Origin: a virus
Taxonomy: Duplodnaviria > Heunggongvirae > Uroviricota > Caudoviricetes
IMG/VR virus record: IMGVR_UViG_3300029288_000055
Coordinates: 64,001 to 128,000 of that record
Length of the DNA: 64,000 nt
Direction: 5' to 3' (one strand)
Under the pieces are notes generated by a model, which saw only the letters and a program-made list of their open reading frames with translations, was not told the DNA's origin and did no database searches. This document shows positions 58,360 to 64,000 of this stretch, piece after piece (within the stretch, counting starts at the first letter, position 1; the number at the start of each line of letters is the position of its first letter). The translations under genes and the position numbers were made by a program.

Positions 58360-59063
58360 TTACATACATTTTGAATTGGTGTAAATATTTTTGTTTTATT
58401 TTTAACATTTGTAGAAGTAAAATCAGTAATATATCCATTAGCATAATAATCAACTATATATTCTATTGAATAATCTTCAATAAAAATTTCATTCTCAATA
58501 AAATATCTTGAAAATGCTCTTTGATAATTTGTACCTCTAAAAATAAGATCGGGATATTTTTTACCATAAGTATCAAACCATTCTGAATATTTTATATTAG
58601 TTATAAGATTTCTAATTGTATTCTTTGAAATGATACCATTAGATATTTGGCAATGTTTTAAATCATTTTCTCCACCAACTTTTGAACATAAAAAAGTGCC
58701 TTCTTTATATATTTGAATTAATTTCATGTCAAAATTATCAATTGCTGGAACATAATCATCTTCAATAAAAATAAAATAATCAAAATCGTTTAAAAATAAA
58801 TTTGCTGCTTTCAGCCATTGCCCATATGATTGATATTTGTTTTCACAATCAACTATTTTAATTTTATCATTTAAATTAATATCATCATAATATGAATTTA
58901 CCACATTAGATTTTGGTTTCATTATTGTTATTTGTACTATTGAATTTAAGGTGTTATTCAATATTTTAATATGATTTCTTAAAACTTGTTCATAATATGT
59001 TACATTACAAACTGGTTTCACTCTAATTCCATTCCATGTGGCAATAATATAATTAATTTTCAT
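58356..59063 (-). CDS. Putative GT-A glycosyltransferase
   Basis: DYFIFIEDDY; cluster context. Confidence 0.55.
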   Translation of the reverse strand: MKINYIIATWNGIRVKPVCNVTYYEQVLRNHIKILNNTLNSIVQITIMKPKSNVVNSYYDDINLNDKIKIVDCENKYQSYGQWLKAANLFLNDFDYFIFIEDDYVPAIDNFDMKLIQIYKEGTFLCSKVGGENDLKHCQISNGIISKNTIRNLITNIKYSEWFDTYGKKYPDLIFRGTNYQRAFSRYFIENEIFIEDYSIEYIVDYYANGYITDFTSTNVKNKTKIFTPIQNVCK

Positions 59064-59743
59064 TATTTTTTTGTTACTCTATATATTGAATGTAATGCTC
59101 CCGCATCAAATGTATCAATCAAATCAATATTGATATTCAATTTAATTTTTAAATCATTAACTTGTTGTAGTGTATTATATGTTATTTGATAATTATCAAC
59201 AAAATCATATGCTGTACCTCTTAATTCATATTTATCACCATGAATCATAGAAAATATAATATTTCCGCCTCTTTCTACTATTGGAAGAAGTTTATTTAAT
59301 ATTTTTTCTGTTTCTTCAATAGTGGTATGAGTAAAAACACTAAGTAATAACACAGTTTCACTGATTTCTATTGCTTTTTTTTCTAATTCGCTTTCGGTAA
59401 ATCCTAATTCTATTCTATTATCATTTCCAAATAATTCTATTGCTTTACTTATACAAGCATTAGTCCAATTACTTTCAAATTTTTCTAAACCAATATAATG
59501 AAAAAATTTTAATCTTTTACTTAAAAAATTAGAAACTCTTGCAGACCCACAACCATAATCCAATATTTTCATTTCCTCTTTATATTTCTCACCCATTGCA
59601 TTAATAAAAGATGCAATACATAATGACGCTTTTGGTTCGGGGTCAGTTCCTACAATTATACCAACATTTTCGTAATTATTCACAATTGGACTATAATATT
59701 CTTTACTCCAATTATTTATCCATAAATTATCAGTAAATTTCAT
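59063..59743 (-). CDS. Class I SAM-dependent methyltransferase
   Basis: ILDYGCGSAR, SVFTH. Confidence 0.8.
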   Translation of the reverse strand: MKFTDNLWINNWSKEYYSPIVNNYENVGIIVGTDPEPKASLCIASFINAMGEKYKEEMKILDYGCGSARVSNFLSKRLKFFHYIGLEKFESNWTNACISKAIELFGNDNRIELGFTESELEKKAIEISETVLLLSVFTHTTIEETEKILNKLLPIVERGGNIIFSMIHGDKYELRGTAYDFVDNYQITYNTLQQVNDLKIKLNINIDLIDTFDAGALHSIYRVTKK

Positions 59744-59768
59744 TATTATTCTTTATTATAAAATTATT

Positions 59769-60956
59769 TTACCAACCCTTTTTAATACAATCAACAATAT
59801 ATTCTCTATCTTCTTCAGTAACCCACCAACCAACAGGAATTGATATTAGTTTTGATGTGATTTTATCTAAATTAGGTAGTATTGTTTTATAATCACGAAC
59901 ACAACTATGAATATCGTTTCTTTCATGTACTTGACTAACAACAATCCCACACTGTTTCATATAATCCATAAAATCTTGCTTTTTATCAACAAGCATTGAA
60001 TATATCCAAAATGATGAATCCATTCTTGAATCTCTCTGTAAAAGAGTAATACCTGCAATATTTTTTAAATTATCATCATAATATTTAGCATTATTCTTGT
60101 GAATTTTAATTACATTTTCATCAACCTCTTTTAAATTTTCAATACCTACCGATGCATTAACATCATTCATGTGAAATTTAAATCCCCATTCAGGAATGTC
60201 TGCTTCACATCGAAAATCTTTTTTATTAGTTTCTCGATTAATGCCATACCATCTTACTAATTTTGCTCTTCTGTATAAATTTTCATGTGGAAGTACCAAC
60301 GCACCACCATCCACAGATGTTAAATGTTTAATCGCTTGAAAACTAAAAGTACAAATATTACCATGACTACCCATTGGTTGTCCTTTAAAAGTACTTCCAA
60401 ACGCATGTGCACAATCTTCAATAACAGATGGTTTAAAACCAAAATTTTGATATGATTTAATTTGAATTTCTTCAACTTTATCCAAATCAACAGGATATCC
60501 ACCCCAATGAACCAACATTATTGCCTTTGTTATTGGACTTATTTTTCTTGCTAAATCATCCAAATCCATATTTAAATTATTTGAATCAATATCAACCCAT
60601 TTTATTTTTAAATTATTTGCTAATATTGGAAAATTACTTGCAGTACAAGTTAATGGAGTAGCTAAAACTTCATCACCATCTTTAATACCTTCCCAATGGC
60701 TTTCGCTAAAGGCAACACCACCATAAGATTTAACTCCTTTAAATGGCTTTTTTAATAAATGCAATGCCAAATGTTCTGCAGATGTTGCAGAATTTGTTGT
60801 TACAACATAGTCATTTTTAAATCTTTCTTTTAATAAACATTCAAATTCTTCGACTTTTTGTCCCTGACCAACATATCCTGAGTCTAATACATCACCAACT
60901 GCTTCTCTTGCTAATTTTGACATGTAAACTTTAAATAACAAAATTGTTTTATTCAT
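59769..60956 (-). CDS. DegT/DnrJ/EryC1/StrS sugar aminotransferase
   Basis: NSATSA, VHWGG, IEDCAHAFG, FSFQAIKHLT. Confidence 0.9.
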   Translation of the reverse strand: MNKTILLFKVYMSKLAREAVGDVLDSGYVGQGQKVEEFECLLKERFKNDYVVTTNSATSAEHLALHLLKKPFKGVKSYGGVAFSESHWEGIKDGDEVLATPLTCTASNFPILANNLKIKWVDIDSNNLNMDLDDLARKISPITKAIMLVHWGGYPVDLDKVEEIQIKSYQNFGFKPSVIEDCAHAFGSTFKGQPMGSHGNICTFSFQAIKHLTSVDGGALVLPHENLYRRAKLVRWYGINRETNKKDFRCEADIPEWGFKFHMNDVNASVGIENLKEVDENVIKIHKNNAKYYDDNLKNIAGITLLQRDSRMDSSFWIYSMLVDKKQDFMDYMKQCGIVVSQVHERNDIHSCVRDYKTILPNLDKITSKLISIPVGWWVTEEDREYIVDCIKKGW

Positions 60957-60985
60957 TTTAATTTATATTAAATATTTAATTATTT

Positions 60986-61753
60986 TCATATTCCGACATG
61001 CATAAAAAATTTTTTTGTTAAATCGAATTTTTTTATGTTTTGCCATTTAACATTTGGTGGAAATTCTTCCCAATTATCCGCCAAAGTAATAAAATCTGTA
61101 TTATTTGGTATTCTAACCTTATATCCCATTTTATAATAACAATTTGTAAACATTACTTCTGAAAATCCTATTTGAGCATAAGTACCAATTCCCATTCCTT
61201 CATCATATGGTAATTTTCCATATTTTGCTTTAACCTTTTCTAATATCTCTTTTTTTGTTGCGCCAAAACCACCAGATACAAATGCAATTGCAGGATTATT
61301 TTCTTCATTAATTAATGTTAATGATAAAAATCCAAGATTTTCATTTTCATTGGCAAATTCATCAATAATCATTTTATAATAATTCGGATAAATTATTTTT
61401 AAATCATCTTCGATAAAAAGCCAATAATCATAATTATTACCAAATTTATCAAAAGCATAACTATATGCACCCATTGATGCACCAATATTTTCTCTTTCTA
61501 CTACAAATATTTTTCCAAATTTAGTTTCACTATTATTTAAATTTTCTAAATATTCACAGCATTCTTTAGTTATTGTGTCTGCATGATTATTAACAATAAT
61601 AATATCCATATTGTCAACACCACATTCAAATGTTAAATCATGCTCAATATTTTTTTTAAAAACAATAAGTGCTTCTGTGGCATTTGCAGGACTTGCAGTA
61701 AATTTTCCTCTTCGATTTCCAAAATATGTGCAATATACTTTACAACATTTCAT
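60986..61753 (-). CDS. Putative GT-A glycosyltransferase
   Basis: RENIG, YDYWLFIEDD. Confidence 0.55.
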   Translation of the reverse strand: MKCCKVYCTYFGNRRGKFTASPANATEALIVFKKNIEHDLTFECGVDNMDIIIVNNHADTITKECCEYLENLNNSETKFGKIFVVERENIGASMGAYSYAFDKFGNNYDYWLFIEDDLKIIYPNYYKMIIDEFANENENLGFLSLTLINEENNPAIAFVSGGFGATKKEILEKVKAKYGKLPYDEGMGIGTYAQIGFSEVMFTNCYYKMGYKVRIPNNTDFITLADNWEEFPPNVKWQNIKKFDLTKKFFMHVGI

Positions 61754-62499
61754 TTATTTTTTATAGTATTACAATAATCAATTATTTTTCGTATTCTTTT
61801 ATTCTGACTTGGAGTATCATTCCAGTTTCTTGCAAACCATGTATGATATGCAAAATCAACATCATTATGATTTTTTACTACAGTTGTTAAATCATCATCA
61901 GAATAGTCATATGCATTTAAATACTGCATTTTATATCCATTTCTTAACAGCCAAAAAAATAATTTATATGTTGGTTCAAAATTATCATAAATAATACCAT
62001 ATGGTGAATATCCTTTAGCAATTGTCCTACTAAATTTTTCATGATATGATCTATTTGAATTAATTATATGATGTGGAATAAATTTATCTAAATCATGATC
62101 ATATTTCATAGAATTTGCGTTATTATAATTATATGTTTTTCTTAATTCACCAATTTTAATAATCATGAAAAAGGCAATTATTGAAATTGGATTATGAAAT
62201 CTATGACTAATAACACCGCCATCTGGAACACCAGAACAATGAATATCATTATTAATTTGATAATTTAATAAATCAAGTAATGCATTTTTATTAGTAATGA
62301 AACAGTCTTCATCCACATATATTGCCCAATCACAATCGGCAAATAATTTATCCGTCATCATATAATTAAAAAATGGAAATCCATAAAAACGATTTTTTCC
62401 ATTAACACCAATCATTTCAAATCCAAAATCTTTATAAAATTCTTTAGATATTGAATATAATTCATCACTTAAATAATTTGTTATAAATTTTATTTTCAT
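61750..62499 (-). CDS. Putative glycosyltransferase
   Basis: IYVDEDCF (DxD) and HTWFAR; cluster context. Confidence 0.5.
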   Translation of the reverse strand: MKIKFITNYLSDELYSISKEFYKDFGFEMIGVNGKNRFYGFPFFNYMMTDKLFADCDWAIYVDEDCFITNKNALLDLLNYQINNDIHCSGVPDGGVISHRFHNPISIIAFFMIIKIGELRKTYNYNNANSMKYDHDLDKFIPHHIINSNRSYHEKFSRTIAKGYSPYGIIYDNFEPTYKLFFWLLRNGYKMQYLNAYDYSDDDLTTVVKNHNDVDFAYHTWFARNWNDTPSQNKRIRKIIDYCNTIKNK

Positions 62500-62512
62500 T
62501 ATTTTTTTGTAT

Positions 62513-63259
62513 TTATTTTTTCAAATGATTAAATCCAATACTATTAATAATTGTGTTATTGTCTTTATTTAAATATTCTGTATAATAGTTATAATTATTA
62601 TTATAATACGGATTATTTGTACCATCATTAACACCCTTTGGATGATTTAAATGAAATAAATCTGAATTCAATCTAACTACTCCAATTGTCTTAATTGCTT
62701 TAACATAAAAAGCATCATCTTCACCACCCCAACCAATAAATCTTGGGTCATGTCCACCTATTTTATAATAATTATCTGAACTTATCATAACTACTCCACC
62801 ATTTGACTGACAATTTCTTCTAATTAAATTTAAATCAAAATTGTTAAATGATTTATGATTATTAATAAATTGAACTGTCTGATTTTCATCAAGATTAAAT
62901 ACTGGTTTATTATATGGTAATATTATTTTTCTATCAAGAATATTCAACAAATTATTTATACTTAATAAAATGTTTTTATCTACAACACAATCAGTATCAA
63001 TAAAAAACACATATTTATTTTTGTTTCCATTATATCCTTCATTTAGTAAATATGACTTACAAAATAATTGTTCAGTTATTTTCAATTTCAAATGTGTACC
63101 AATCAAATCTTTAATTTCATTAATATCTGTTTCAGTATTTTGTTCGACAATAATAATATTTGAATCAGGTAGATATTCTTTATAATATTTTACAATAAAA
63201 AATAAATTTCTTTTTCTATATTCATCAATATTACTATGCGGAATTACAATATCAATCAT
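62513..63259 (-). CDS. GT2/GT7-like glycosyltransferase
   Basis: IIVEQ, FIDTD, GGHDPRFIGWGGEDD. Confidence 0.8.
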   Translation of the reverse strand: MIDIVIPHSNIDEYRKRNLFFIVKYYKEYLPDSNIIIVEQNTETDINEIKDLIGTHLKLKITEQLFCKSYLLNEGYNGNKNKYVFFIDTDCVVDKNILLSINNLLNILDRKIILPYNKPVFNLDENQTVQFINNHKSFNNFDLNLIRRNCQSNGGVVMISSDNYYKIGGHDPRFIGWGGEDDAFYVKAIKTIGVVRLNSDLFHLNHPKGVNDGTNNPYYNNNYNYYTEYLNKDNNTIINSIGFNHLKK

Positions 63260-64000
63260 GATTGACTATTTTTATTTATCTCACCAAAAGATTCGATACT
63301 ATTAATTTTATTTTTAAGTTCATTTATTGACATATTTTTATACTTATCTACAAGTAATATATTTTTATCTCGAAACGAATAATACTCATTTTTATTATTT
63401 TTAGAATAAACATCTTCATGAAATACATGTACTGCAATATCATTAACATTATATAATAATAAATTCATTTTTTTTATTTTAAAGTCAAAAATATCGTCTT
63501 CACCGCCCCAACCATAACAATCTTCATCAAAACCTTTTAATTCTAAATATTTATTCTTTTTCATCATAAAAACACCACCAGATATTACGGGTGCATTATA
63601 TGTTCTTTCAAGTGTTTTAACCACATTAAAATCATAGTCATTTGACATAAATAATTTACTTTTTTCTTTATTTAAATAATATAATATTTTATATGGATTT
63701 ATTATATCAAACTTATCTAATAAATCTATTGTAATTCTATAAGTATTCAATTTTAAAAATAAATCAGAATCGCTAAATACAAGATAATCACCTTTTGCTG
63801 CTTTTACTCCAATATTATATCCCCAACCTTTATTAAAAACACCATCATTTTTAACAAATATGTGATTTATGTCTTTATATCCTTTAATTGTTGACAACCA
63901 ATCTACTTTGCTTTTACTATCTTGTTCAACTAAAATAATTTCTGTTTTACCATTTAATAGCCATGATAAATAATCCAATAATTTCATAAGATTAATTTTC
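63256..64000 (-). CDS. GT2/GT7-like glycosyltransferase (5'-partial)
   Basis: FNKGWGYN, FSDSD, GFDE..GWGGEDD. The frame is open to the window end and the paralogue alignment implies an upstream start. Confidence 0.78.
   Translation of the reverse strand, partial: KINLMKLLDYLSWLLNGKTEIILVEQDSKSKVDWLSTIKGYKDINHIFVKNDGVFNKGWGYNIGVKAAKGDYLVFSDSDLFLKLNTYRITIDLLDKFDIINPYKILYYLNKEKSKLFMSNDYDFNVVKTLERTYNAPVISGGVFMMKKNKYLELKGFDEDCYGWGGEDDIFDFKIKKMNLLLYNVNDIAVHVFHEDVYSKNNKNEYYSFRDKNILLVDKYKNMSINELKNKINSIESFGEINKNSQS

Noticed and set aside
1436-63185. Numerous + strand and alternate-frame ORFs (e.g. 24707-25321, 1629-1994, 15620-16030)
   Set aside because: Shadows of long minus-strand genes, caused by codon bias and repeats
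54327-64000. Bacterial LPS locus or chimeric contig
   Set aside because: Same strand, composition and packing as the phage genes, overlaps the adjacent phage-side ORF, and contains a phage-type HNH insertion

Overview
AT-rich, gene-dense segment of a large (jumbo-type) tailed phage genome, read in the standard code with almost all genes on the minus strand. TAnnTTTG promoters suggest a Bacteroidota host. In + order: (1) 1-4.3 kb small genes (kinase-fold protein, WYL protein, Nudix hydrolase); (2) family-B DNA polymerase, SNF2 helicase and a GIY-YIG endonuclease; (3) 11.7-35.7 kb baseplate/holin-like genes and about 10 paralogous, often Cys-rich fibre genes, with a GT9-like glycosyltransferase among them; (4) 35.9-40.1 kb, the most unusual part: an ARPP-like gene and a TROVE/Ro60-like vWA gene directly downstream of a ~1.25 kb non-coding array of ~10 stem-closed RNA modules; (5) intein-containing DnaB helicase, 5'-3' exonuclease, RecA and gp32-like SSB; (6) probable internal head proteins; (7) 54.3-64 kb ADP-heptose/amino-sugar synthesis and glycosyltransferase cluster. 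Several modules in the array share a covarying carrier stem and hold different tRNA-derived cargoes: a circularly permuted tRNA-Ser(GCT), a degenerate tRNA body with a UUA anticodon, and a bare Ser(TGA) anticodon stem-loop. A degenerate tRNA-Met lies among them. A motif, GTATTTAT on the sense strand, precedes most structural genes. All assignments come from reading motifs by eye; no searches were run.
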